A stretch of 48,751 nt of DNA from an uncultured Thermodesulfobacteriota bacterium. Lineage in GTDB: Bacteria; Desulfobacterota; GWC2-55-46; JADFVP01. Location of the stretch: the NCBI GenBank assembly GCA_964510775.1, contig CAZEBZ010000005.1, forward strand, positions 8,267-57,017. Reading direction: 5' to 3'. The position numbers were made by a program, and so were the translations under genes. Positions 21,201 through 28,978 of the stretch are shown here, in pieces (position 1 is the first letter of the stretch; every line of letters begins with the position of its first letter). The notes beneath the pieces were generated by a model. The model saw only the letters and a list, made by a program, of their open reading frames with translations. It did not search any database and was not told the origin of the DNA.

Positions 21201-21672
21201 GATATTCTCCATAATAAATATTATCTCCATAGATGAGCTCTTCAAAAAAGGACTTCCATACAAGTCCCTCAGCGGTGATGTGAAGATTAGAGAAGGTATC
21301 TACACAACTGATAATTTACTCTTCGAGAGCGACTCAATGAAGATGAGCGCCGTTATGGACATAGACAGCTCGAAGAGTACAGTAGACGCAACACTGGGCG
21401 TACACCCATTTGTCACCATAGACAAGGTAGTAACGAGCATTCCCCTTGTAGGGTGGATAATAGGCGGGAAGGAGAAAAGTTCCGTCAGCCTCTATTACAC
21501 GATTAAGGGCCCGTTGAAAAAACCTGTCGTAGCGCCTGCGATAATAAGAAACATTCAAAAGGGCATTATCAGCAAGATGGAGCGACTTATTACCTCTCCA
21601 ATAAAGATAATCAAGGAGAGCAAAGATATGATCAAACACAAGGATAAGGGAGGTAAAGGCAATGGCAAATGA
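18256..21672 (+). CDS. AsmA/YhdP-like large periplasmic protein
   Basis: 1138 aa; N-terminal anchor, beta-rich body, AsmA_2-type C-terminus (IPLVGWIIGG, IKGPLKKP). Confidence 0.85.
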   Translation: MSFLRPRKKTLLRALIICLLIIAGGGFFLWRTPFDISQYHDRITAACEDITGANITTGTVTLRVLPAPYIEVHDVRMTMEPEGELMRAKLMKFRVSILPFFLKKVVLRKMAIEGWSLNFRRKSNGTMAFVEMYERIIKRKHIISVSDISLLRGRLFIEDKAGGRDLSIRADLNNGEARLSGSGLAFQADLGLSDGTNLYTRGKAVKKNGLVALTGQAMIEGLTMDTLSSYVKTRALKGSLSGDLTYSIDKDLIRLSGPVNYKDLTLNAASISKTPLHSPSGKAIIKLTIADDNLDMKIREAEFALRGSFLSGSLNISGNPAEYENMGLTLKMQATPIALKDVKSLVLDRALTHDLSWINNFTPTGGAISVEGLDLKGKIKEILDGSAFSRPEAMRLEARFIGLGLRHPIVGEEISALDGKVTLTDNSINLYDISSRLGSGFVEKLSYSMNDLHSTKKTPTYDLSILGHMDAGRAIAMTIRCFRDSGKAAKAQLRRISATGDTRIKFKLKGRIDVKDSAWFSTNLGLKGATFRYRDLPLSFSSVDGNIDIDSRRFTFTDVTLKDSANSTFKIEGYVRDYSGGNPYSNLKVRGSIFDGTLASLTRKTALEGLVIDETLSFASTMRGFKKTLKIEAEADLGATGLEYQNIIKKPQGIPLAMKANLELQDKTVKIVKASLSTEGTTLGLKGDFNSAKGSYSLFVNSKEARLYDLANITPLIIRAPDTAGTLKIILQTSKKSGVKSSQYKGLISLKKGAFTTSLLKERVKALDVTLRLEGDTANLQVEDFKFGGSDLYGSLNLKSISKEDITFNVISNRLDTEDIWGNGEEGKKEWFEDIRTLAVTHKARINKTRLSGSGKISISEGRILGEDILNFKAEALFRPKTISLDPIIFITEGGTIEGKAVFYKGHKSPHVFEATASLTGIHIKDALSHLGAKKDLLTGTIYGNIELRCRRGATPFARCLNGSGSLKAEHGRMWKFPVISKIFSIINIISIDELFKKGLPYKSLSGDVKIREGIYTTDNLLFESDSMKMSAVMDIDSSKSTVDATLGVHPFVTIDKVVTSIPLVGWIIGGKEKSSVSLYYTIKGPLKKPVVAPAIIRNIQKGIISKMERLITSPIKIIKESKDMIKHKDKGGKGNGK

Positions 21673-22444
21673 AGGAGCGGATACCTTCCACGACAGACCG
21701 GGTTTCTGGAATAAACTCAAGGCCAAGTGGTATAAAGAGGGGCTCGCGGCCTCTACCTTTCCCTCTACTGTAGTCCCCTATATCCTCTCTCATGCAGCTG
21801 GGGCCGAGACATTCCTCGACGTAGGCGCGGGCTGCGGCAGCCTTGCGCTGCCTCTTGCGAGGGCCGGTAAGACCGTGACAGCCCTTGAGCCCGCCGCCGC
21901 CATGATGGCACTCCTTGATGAAGATATACAGAGCGAGGGACTAAAGAATATTACGACTATTACATCACCGTGGAAGGAGGGGTTATGTGAGACGCAAGAC
22001 GCAATAATCTGCGCCAATGTTCCTGGGTTATTAAAGGGCTCAACTGACTTTATTAAAGAAGCCAATGAGGCGGCAAAAAAATACGTCTTTATCATAGAGA
22101 GCGCCGACCCTGCGGCAGACAAATTCTATTACAAAGAGCTCTACCCCCTTATCTTCAACAGGCAATTTGGGCCAAAAAAGGACTACATCGCCACCTACAA
22201 CGCCCTTCACTCCCTGGGCATCTTCGCCAATGTACGCATTGTAGAGTATGACTTTGACCAACCCTTTGCCTCCATAGGCGATGCCCTTGAGTTCTGGAAA
22301 GAGCACATGTGCATCGTTACCGGTGAGTTTGATGAGACCCTTAAAAATTTTCTAAGTAAAAAACTCGTAAAAAAAGACGGCCTTCTTGTATCGAAGATCC
22401 ACAAAAGATCTGCTATAATCTGGTGGCCCACAGGCAGGTCTTGA
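21662..22444 (+). CDS. Class I SAM-dependent methyltransferase
   Basis: LDVGAGCG motif I and VTALEP; overlaps the AsmA-like gene by 11 bp. Confidence 0.9.
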   Translation: MANEGADTFHDRPGFWNKLKAKWYKEGLAASTFPSTVVPYILSHAAGAETFLDVGAGCGSLALPLARAGKTVTALEPAAAMMALLDEDIQSEGLKNITTITSPWKEGLCETQDAIICANVPGLLKGSTDFIKEANEAAKKYVFIIESADPAADKFYYKELYPLIFNRQFGPKKDYIATYNALHSLGIFANVRIVEYDFDQPFASIGDALEFWKEHMCIVTGEFDETLKNFLSKKLVKKDGLLVSKIHKRSAIIWWPTGRS

Positions 22445-22546
22445 GGAGTTAATATCACAAAAGCTTCTGATTAAAAAAAAACACCTCAATTTAGTATATT
22501 GACAGTAATTTAAAAAAATTCACAAAAAACTCTTGGAGGATACTTA

Positions 22547-22945
22547 ATGAGACTCATGAAAAAAACATTTTTAGCTTTTTTACTTCTCACCTTCTGTCTC
22601 ACAGCCTCAAAGGCCAGCGCCGATGATTCTCTTGCCCATACCATTAAGAGCGCCCTTTACGGAGGGGCGCTCGGCGGAATAGTCGCAGGCGCCGTAGTGC
22701 TGCTAAGCAGCGATACGAGCGGCAATCTCGGCTATATACCCACCGGCATAGGCGCAGGCGTTCTCATAGGCACGGCCTACGGCATTGCCACAAGCGAGGC
22801 CGTGCAGGACAGGGCCTTTGGCGAGATTAAGAACGGCAAATTCACCATGAACGTCCCCACGGTAAAGAGCACCTCAACCTTTGATGAAAAGTTACAGACC
22901 TACGAGACAGTAGAATCAATGGATCTGCTGAAAGTGCGGTTTTAG
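22547..22945 (+). CDS. Hypothetical exported protein with glycine-zipper helices
   Basis: GGAGG RBS, signal peptide ending ASA, GxxxG runs, terminal Phe. Confidence 0.8.
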   Translation: MRLMKKTFLAFLLLTFCLTASKASADDSLAHTIKSALYGGALGGIVAGAVVLLSSDTSGNLGYIPTGIGAGVLIGTAYGIATSEAVQDRAFGEIKNGKFTMNVPTVKSTSTFDEKLQTYETVESMDLLKVRF

Positions 22946-22965
22946 GCTTTAAAAAAACTTCCAAT

Positions 22966-22991
22966 AAAAAAGGGCGGGCAAAGCCCGCCCT
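22966..22991. terminator. Intrinsic terminator-like hairpin (U-tract on the minus strand)
   Basis: A-run then AGGGCGGGC-AAA-GCCCGCCCT. Confidence 0.65.
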
Positions 22992-23075
22992 AACGAAGTT
23001 AATATTTATGAGTTACACCTCGCTCCCATCTTACACACTAAGAACAAAAACTGAGGTAAAAAAGGAAATTTTACC

Positions 23076-23447
23076 ATGAGTAATCAAGGCCTGGAGATCG
23101 AAGAAAAAGTAAAACAAATACTACAGAAAGAATTCGGTAGACTCACAAAACAAAAGCTACCTATAGGAAAGAATAAAAAAGAATTTGACTTAGTTACAGA
23201 TGATGGCCAAGTGGTTATTGAAGTAAAAAGTTATAAACTTGGCAACGAAACTACCAAGAAGGCCGGATATTCTACGACTCGTAAACAAAGACTTGTCACC
23301 GCATGTGTGTATCTTGATAATATAAATGCCAAGAGGAAAATATTGGCATTAACAAACAAAGAGCTTCATGAACAATTCAGGCATGATATGACAGGAGATG
23401 GTTTATTCACTTCTGTTGAGATATTATATGTCCCTATAGATAACTAA
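23076..23447 (+). CDS. Small PD-(D/E)XK nuclease-like protein (AT-rich)
   Basis: Acidic N-terminal helix (LEIEEKV), then EFDLV...VIEVKS matching D-xn-E-x-K. Confidence 0.7.
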   Translation: MSNQGLEIEEKVKQILQKEFGRLTKQKLPIGKNKKEFDLVTDDGQVVIEVKSYKLGNETTKKAGYSTTRKQRLVTACVYLDNINAKRKILALTNKELHEQFRHDMTGDGLFTSVEILYVPIDN

Positions 23448-23448
23448 A

Positions 23449-23514
23449 ATTTTACCTGCCTTGTAGGTCAGGTAGAGCTAAGCTATAGACAACCTAAATA
23501 AACAACAAAAGGTT
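23449..23514 (+). repeat. Degenerate GTAG-type REP-like element, copy 1
   Basis: GCCTTGTAGGTCAGGTAGAGCTAAGC...GACAACCT aligns with 23829-23869. Confidence 0.8.
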
Positions 23515-23530
23515 TTTTTGAGGTATCAAT

Positions 23531-23812
23531 ATGTCCCGCCCTAAAGAACACAACTTATATAAAGTTCTAATATATTCTCAATTTTCATTCATCAAGAGAG
23601 GCATTAAAACTATAGATGAAATCTATAGTTCTGTTAAAGATCAGAATCCATCCCTTTGTGATGACTCATATTATTGTTCTAAAAACTGCCTCTCTGGCAA
23701 CGATCAAGCAGAATGGAAGCACACTGTTAGAAATGCTCTTCAGCGTCTTAAATCAAACAATGGCCCCATAGTATATACAGGCCGTAGGGGATTTTGGCAA
23801 TTTCTTCCCTAA
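23531..23812 (+). CDS. Small hypothetical protein, winged-helix-like (AT-rich)
   Basis: GAGG RBS; IDEIYSSVK...EWKHTVRNALQRLK...GRRGFW resembles a wHTH recognition helix plus wing. Confidence 0.65.
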   Translation: MSRPKEHNLYKVLIYSQFSFIKRGIKTIDEIYSSVKDQNPSLCDDSYYCSKNCLSGNDQAEWKHTVRNALQRLKSNNGPIVYTGRRGFWQFLP

Positions 23813-23820
23813 CACAGTAT

Positions 23821-23912
23821 ATTTTATAGCCTTGTAGGTCGGGTAGAGCAAAGCGAAACCCGACAACCTCATCGACAAAAAACGTTGCATTAATACAACT
23901 AACCCAACCTGC
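23821..23912 (+). repeat. GTAG-type REP-like element, copy 2, with an inverted partial partner (REPIN-like)
   Basis: GTAG followed by hairpin GTCGGGT-AGAGCAAAGCGAA-ACCCGAC; AACCCAACCTGC at 23901-23912 is a degenerate inverted arm. Confidence 0.8.
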
Positions 23913-23959
23913 GAAAAAATTCGACGGCCCTTACGTCTTCTTGACTTTAAGCCCCCCCC

Positions 23960-24748
23960 TTAAAACATATGACTACTCTTCATAAGCAGGCTAACGCCTA
24001 AGTAGGTAAATAAGAGCAGGCCAAAGCCGATTACCGTGGCTACGCAGAGGCCTCTTCCGCGCCACTTTCTTATATACCAGGCGTGCATAGCCCCAGCGTA
24101 ATAGAACCAGAGGATAAAACTCCAGATGCTCTTTGGCTCCCAGAGCCAGTAGGCCCCCCAGGCAAGGTACCCCCAGACAGCCCCTGATATCATGGCCCCG
24201 GAAAAAAGCAGAAAACCCCATAGCACGCCCTTACGGGCTATCTCCTCATATTTTTTCTGCCTATCGCCGCCCTTGCCTTCTCCCCTAAGGGAATAATAAA
24301 GATAAAGCACCGCGCCGGCAAAGGCCAGTGTAAATAGAGCATAAGCGGCAAAGGACAGCGTCACATGAGACTCGAACCAGCGCGTGCGAAGTATGAGGTT
24401 AAGGGGACGGCCCGCCTCATAGCGCGAGAGGGCAAAGATAATGGCGAGGATAGATACGGGCAGCGTAATCAGACCCGGGGCCCGCTCCCTGTAGCGAAGG
24501 ATTACGATAATCGTTACAAGAGCTACGCACCATGAGTAAAAGACAAGTGTCTCGAACATGGCCGCCATTGGGGCGTGACCGGTGGCAGAGATCCTTAAGA
24601 TAAGGGCTATTGAGTGGGAGATAAAACCAGCGAAGATAAGCCCCGTTGAGATACGCCCCGTAAGTCGGCATTTTCCTGAGCGCCCGGTGAGAATAACCAA
24701 GACGTCAAGAAAATAAAATACGGCCGCGGAGTAAAAGAGTAACCTCAC
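23960..24748 (-). CDS. ccsA: Cytochrome c biogenesis protein CcsA-like
   Basis: WWD domain WGYLAWGAYWLWEPK; His residues in TM segments; GTG start overlaps the queE stop. Confidence 0.85.
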   Translation of the reverse strand: MRLLFYSAAVFYFLDVLVILTGRSGKCRLTGRISTGLIFAGFISHSIALILRISATGHAPMAAMFETLVFYSWCVALVTIIVILRYRERAPGLITLPVSILAIIFALSRYEAGRPLNLILRTRWFESHVTLSFAAYALFTLAFAGAVLYLYYSLRGEGKGGDRQKKYEEIARKGVLWGFLLFSGAMISGAVWGYLAWGAYWLWEPKSIWSFILWFYYAGAMHAWYIRKWRGRGLCVATVIGFGLLLFTYLGVSLLMKSSHMF

Positions 24749-25386
24749 CGTCCCTTCTCACCTGGCCAGATAACGGTATGGAGCTGCAGCTGAAATCGAA
24801 GAGAAAGGCCGTCAGATAAAACCCACTCTGCAAGAGTCTTAGGTAAGAGATTACCATTTACGGGAGAGAAAAGAATCTTATCAGGTTTAACAACATCTCC
24901 TATTGTAGAGATAAACTCCTTGGCAAACTCATAATCCCCTCTATCACCAATGACGAACTTCAACTCATCGTCAGGAGTTAAGGCCTTCAGGTTCTCTACC
25001 TTAAAACTATCGAGGACTCCGCTTGAGGGACACTTTACATCTACAACTCTTATGACCCCCTCGGGGACAACGCTTATATCAAGGCTCCCGTTAGTCTCAA
25101 GGAGTACAGTATCAAAACTGCTTAGCAACCTCTCTGAGAGGGCCGTCGTCTCTTGTTGCAGCAGAGGTTCGCCTCCGGAGATTTCAATAAGCCCACGTGG
25201 AAATTTTTCAACTTTCCCAAGAACCTCGTCAATACTAAACTCAGAGGCCCCATCCTCACTTCGGGCGTATCTCGTATCACACCACGAACAATCGAGGTTG
25301 CATCCTGCGAGCCTTACAAAGACGCATGGAAGGCCTGTAAAAGTAGACTCGCCCTGAAGGCTGAAAAATATCTCGTTAATCTGCAT
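24745..25386 (-). CDS. queE: Radical SAM protein, 7-carboxy-7-deazaguanine synthase QueE-like
   Basis: EIFFSLQGES, CNLDCSWCDT, GGEP, ETNG, QLQLH. Confidence 0.88.
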   Translation of the reverse strand: MQINEIFFSLQGESTFTGLPCVFVRLAGCNLDCSWCDTRYARSEDGASEFSIDEVLGKVEKFPRGLIEISGGEPLLQQETTALSERLLSSFDTVLLETNGSLDISVVPEGVIRVVDVKCPSSGVLDSFKVENLKALTPDDELKFVIGDRGDYEFAKEFISTIGDVVKPDKILFSPVNGNLLPKTLAEWVLSDGLSLRFQLQLHTVIWPGEKGR

Positions 25387-25407
25387 ATTCAATATAAAGG
25401 ATTAAGT

Positions 25408-27879
25408 TCAATCCTTCTTCTTTTCTTCCTTATTATTACCGTTCCCGTTATCATTCTCAGGTTTTGCTTTTTTCCTGGCGGCCTTTGGCCGGCCAAAGGC
25501 CTTGTAGCCCTTGGCAAGGTCACGGAGCCTGTCCTCTACCTTTCGGTTTACTGTGCCGGCGGGGTACTTTCCGTCCTTACCACGTACTCCGGCGGTCTCG
25601 CCCGTCAATATCTCAATACCGTCATTAACGTCATTTATAGAGTAGATGGCGAATTTACCTTCTTCTACGGCATCGCGTACTTCTTTTTTAAGCATAAGGT
25701 TACGCACATTACGCCCCGGTATTACCACACCCTGATCCCCAGTAAGCCCCTTTGCCAGACAGACGTCATAAAAACCCTCTATCTTCTCATTCACACCGCC
25801 TATGGGCTGAACCTCGCCTCTCTGATTCATAGAGCCTGTAATGGCAAGGCCCTGCTTGATGGGAATTTCCGAGAGACTTGAGAGCAGGGCGTAGACCTCG
25901 GCGCAGGTGGCGCTGTCACCCTCAATGCCCTCGTATAACTGCTCAAAACACACAGAGGCCGAGAGCGTAAGGGGAAAGCCGTTGGCAAAACGGGCGCCGA
26001 GAAAACTCTTGAGTATGAGATGGGCCTTGTTATGGATACGCCCGCTCATCTTTGCCTCGCGCTCTATATTCACCACGCCGCTGTCGCCCATATATGTACG
26101 CGCCGTTATGCGCGAGGGTTTACCAAACATGTAGTCACCGAGACTAAGTACGGCAAGGCCGTTAATCTGGCCCACCGCAGAGCCCTCGGTCTGCACCATG
26201 ATGGTATCTTCTTCAATATACTCGCGAAGTCTGTCCTCTATACGGGAATGCCTGTAGACCTTTTCTTTCAAGGCCCGCTCCACATACTCCCTTGTAACGA
26301 GTTTCGCCCCGTCGCTCTCTGCCCAGTAGCTTGCCTCTTCCACAAGGTTCTGTATGTCGTTAAAACGAGTGCTAAGCTTGTTTTTTTCTCCCGCAAGGCG
26401 CGAGCCGTACTCCACAACACGTGCTACACCTGAGCGGTCAAAGGGCTGCAACGAATCCCTGCCGCAGCAGGCCGAGATGAAATAAGCGTACTTCTCGGCA
26501 TTATCCTTGTCTCGAACCATGGAGCTCTCAAAATCAGCCTTTACCTTAAATAATTTTCTGTACTCCCTGTCCTGACTGTAAAGGAGGTAATAGAGAAATG
26601 GATCGCCAATAAGAACAAACTTTATATTAACGGGAATGGCCTCGGGCTTAAGGGTAGAGGTAGAGACAACCTTATACTGCTCCCAGACATCCTCTATCTT
26701 AACCTCGCGGTTCTTTATCATGCGTTTTATAGAGTCGTAGACAAAGATATTTTTCAGCACGTCAAGGGCGTTGACAACAAGATAACCGCCGTTGGCCTTG
26801 TGTATGGAGCCTCCCTTTATCATGGTAAAATCCGTTGAGGCCACGCCAAGCTGCACCCTGTACTCAATACGGCCAAAGAGGTTGTAGTACGTTGGGTTTG
26901 TCTCAAAGACTACGGGCGCCCCCTCTGTCTCGCCGTTATTAACGATAAGGTTTACCCTGTATCTCTCATAGGGCGGCTCTTGCTTCTGCCCAAGGTTAAG
27001 GCCGCCAATGGGAAGGGGCATAGGCTCGCTTGGTTTAAAGTCGTCAAGGTTGGCGAAGATATGGGCCTTCACATTGGTAATGTAATCAATAACCTTCTCA
27101 AAACCATCGAATTTCTCAAGCAGCTCGCTGATGATAGGATTTACAACATACTGCACCATCTCCCTGTCAAGGTCGGCTATCCTCTCTCTTGTATCCTTCT
27201 CAATCTTCCTTGCCTCGCGTATAGCAGCGGAGAGCTTATCTTGCAGAAGCTTTAAATCGGCCTCAAGCTTAGACCGCTCTTCAGCGGGAAGCTTATCATA
27301 GTCCTCCTGCTTCATGGGTTTGCCGTCTTTAGCGGGAACCATGGCAAGGCCCGAGGAGCTTTTTCGCAGCATAAGCCCGTGTTCAATAGCTGTTTTTTCA
27401 AGGCGTGAGAATATTGCCTTCGTGCTCTCCTGCTGACCGTCGAGTATCTCGTCGCGATGGCTCTCATAATCCTTTGTCTCAAAGACACGCGGTATATCAC
27501 GCTTCAGCGAGGCTATAAGGCCGTCCATCTCCTGCACAAAGACACTGCCCTTGCCCTGTGGCAGAGTAATGGCCATGGGAGTATCAGGAGAGACGAAATT
27601 ATGGACATAACACCAGTCATCAGGACAACACTCCTTGGCGGCCTTCTTTTTTATAAAGTCCATGACAGTGGTGTGCTTACCCGTGCCACCCTCGCCGAGG
27701 ACAAATATATTATAAGAATTGTTACGTATTCCGAGACCGAACTCAATGGAACGGATTGCCCTCTCCTGGCCTATTATCTCATGAAGAGAGGGCAGGCCCT
27801 CTGTCGTCTCAAAAGAAAAATCCGAGACATCAAAAAGCTCGGTGAGTTCTGAAGTTTGAAGTTTCTCCGGTCCTGCCAT
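25408..27879 (-). CDS. Lon-like AAA protease (LonC/YcbZ type, AAA plus Lon_C)
   Basis: IGQERA, GEGGTGK, HKANGG, catalytic Ser in EGDSA and Lys in GGVNEK; AGGAGG before the ATG at 27879. Confidence 0.9.
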   Translation of the reverse strand: MAGPEKLQTSELTELFDVSDFSFETTEGLPSLHEIIGQERAIRSIEFGLGIRNNSYNIFVLGEGGTGKHTTVMDFIKKKAAKECCPDDWCYVHNFVSPDTPMAITLPQGKGSVFVQEMDGLIASLKRDIPRVFETKDYESHRDEILDGQQESTKAIFSRLEKTAIEHGLMLRKSSSGLAMVPAKDGKPMKQEDYDKLPAEERSKLEADLKLLQDKLSAAIREARKIEKDTRERIADLDREMVQYVVNPIISELLEKFDGFEKVIDYITNVKAHIFANLDDFKPSEPMPLPIGGLNLGQKQEPPYERYRVNLIVNNGETEGAPVVFETNPTYYNLFGRIEYRVQLGVASTDFTMIKGGSIHKANGGYLVVNALDVLKNIFVYDSIKRMIKNREVKIEDVWEQYKVVSTSTLKPEAIPVNIKFVLIGDPFLYYLLYSQDREYRKLFKVKADFESSMVRDKDNAEKYAYFISACCGRDSLQPFDRSGVARVVEYGSRLAGEKNKLSTRFNDIQNLVEEASYWAESDGAKLVTREYVERALKEKVYRHSRIEDRLREYIEEDTIMVQTEGSAVGQINGLAVLSLGDYMFGKPSRITARTYMGDSGVVNIEREAKMSGRIHNKAHLILKSFLGARFANGFPLTLSASVCFEQLYEGIEGDSATCAEVYALLSSLSEIPIKQGLAITGSMNQRGEVQPIGGVNEKIEGFYDVCLAKGLTGDQGVVIPGRNVRNLMLKKEVRDAVEEGKFAIYSINDVNDGIEILTGETAGVRGKDGKYPAGTVNRKVEDRLRDLAKGYKAFGRPKAARKKAKPENDNGNGNNKEEKKKD

Positions 27880-28008
27880 AGAGTGAGCCCTCCTGAAGAT
27901 TTTTTCCAACCTTCTCTGTGCGCTTTATGTCAAAAGCCGCAGTTACGCTCTCTTGACTGTTTGTACAAAAAACACCTGGTTAATTTTCGCCCTGCCAGCA
28001 GGATTTAA

Positions 28009-28968
28009 TCAGTGCAGATGACCGTGGCCATGCTCACGGCCCCTGTGCGATACGCTGCCAAAGAGCCCCTGACTCGTACAGCCAATGCACTCCGCCTGTA
28101 AGGTAGTATAAAAGATATGGTGGTCACGGGCAAGATTTTCATTCAACTCCTTGTATATCTCACCCATACGCCACCTCTCATTCTTTATTATATCTATATG
28201 CGCGCTCATGGCAAATACGTTGTGACAGATACTCCAAATATGAAGGTCATGGACAGACTCCACGCCCTGCGTACTCGTCATATCCCGCACTACCGCCGTT
28301 ATATCCACCTCAGGCGGCACGCCCTCAAGTAAAATATTAGAAGAATCCCTGAGTATACGCGCTACGCCGTAGAGCAGTACCACACAGATGGAGATACTGA
28401 TAAGAGGATCAACTGTAGTCCAGCCCGTGTAGTATATTATAAGGGCGGCGAGTATAACACCTACAGAGGCGGCGGCGTCGCCGGCTACGTGTAAAAAAGC
28501 GCTCTTTATATTAAGATCAGTTGTTGAGAGAGGCGCGAGCCATACAGCTACGAGAAGGTTCACGCCCAGACCAACTACGGCTACGATAAACATGCCAAGG
28601 CCCTCGACCTCTCGCGGGGCGAGGATTCTCTTGTAGGCGCTGTAAAAGACAAAGAGTGTTACGATTAAAAGGGTAATGCTGTTGATAAAGGAGACAAAAA
28701 CCTCTACCCTGTGAAGTCCGTATGTCCTTTTTTCCGTAGGCGCAAGCTCGGAGATATGTATGGCAAAGAGTGTGAGGCCAAGGGCGAATACATCAAGAAA
28801 GACATGGGCGGCGTCAGTCATAAGGGCGAGGCTGTTCGTGAGGTATCCGCCAACAAGCTCTACAAAGAAAATAATCCCCGTAAGGACTATGGCGAAGGCG
28901 AGCTTACTCTTAAGCCTCCTCTCGTCAGGGTTGCTACCGCTCACTCTCACACTCTTATCCTTTGTCAT
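28009..28968 (-). CDS. Cation diffusion facilitator (CzcD/ZitB-like Co/Zn/Cd exporter)
   Basis: SLALMTDAAHVFLD, AFLHVAGD, VHDLHIW; His-rich tail. Confidence 0.93.
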   Translation of the reverse strand: MTKDKSVRVSGSNPDERRLKSKLAFAIVLTGIIFFVELVGGYLTNSLALMTDAAHVFLDVFALGLTLFAIHISELAPTEKRTYGLHRVEVFVSFINSITLLIVTLFVFYSAYKRILAPREVEGLGMFIVAVVGLGVNLLVAVWLAPLSTTDLNIKSAFLHVAGDAAASVGVILAALIIYYTGWTTVDPLISISICVVLLYGVARILRDSSNILLEGVPPEVDITAVVRDMTSTQGVESVHDLHIWSICHNVFAMSAHIDIIKNERWRMGEIYKELNENLARDHHIFYTTLQAECIGCTSQGLFGSVSHRGREHGHGHLH

Positions 28969-28978
28969 ACTCCCGCCT

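Noticed and set aside
23445-23912. Repeats after the AT-rich ORFs as integron attC sites
   Set aside because: No convincing paired RYYYAAC/GTTRRRY boxes enclose the hairpins and there is no intI; the GTAG+hairpin form fits REPs better. Not formally excluded without IntegronFinder.
25153-25881. 242-aa plus-strand ORF, and other long antisense ORFs such as 14887-15519, 12984-13499 and 39694-40284
   Set aside because: Each overlaps well-supported genes on the opposite strand and shows no family motifs.
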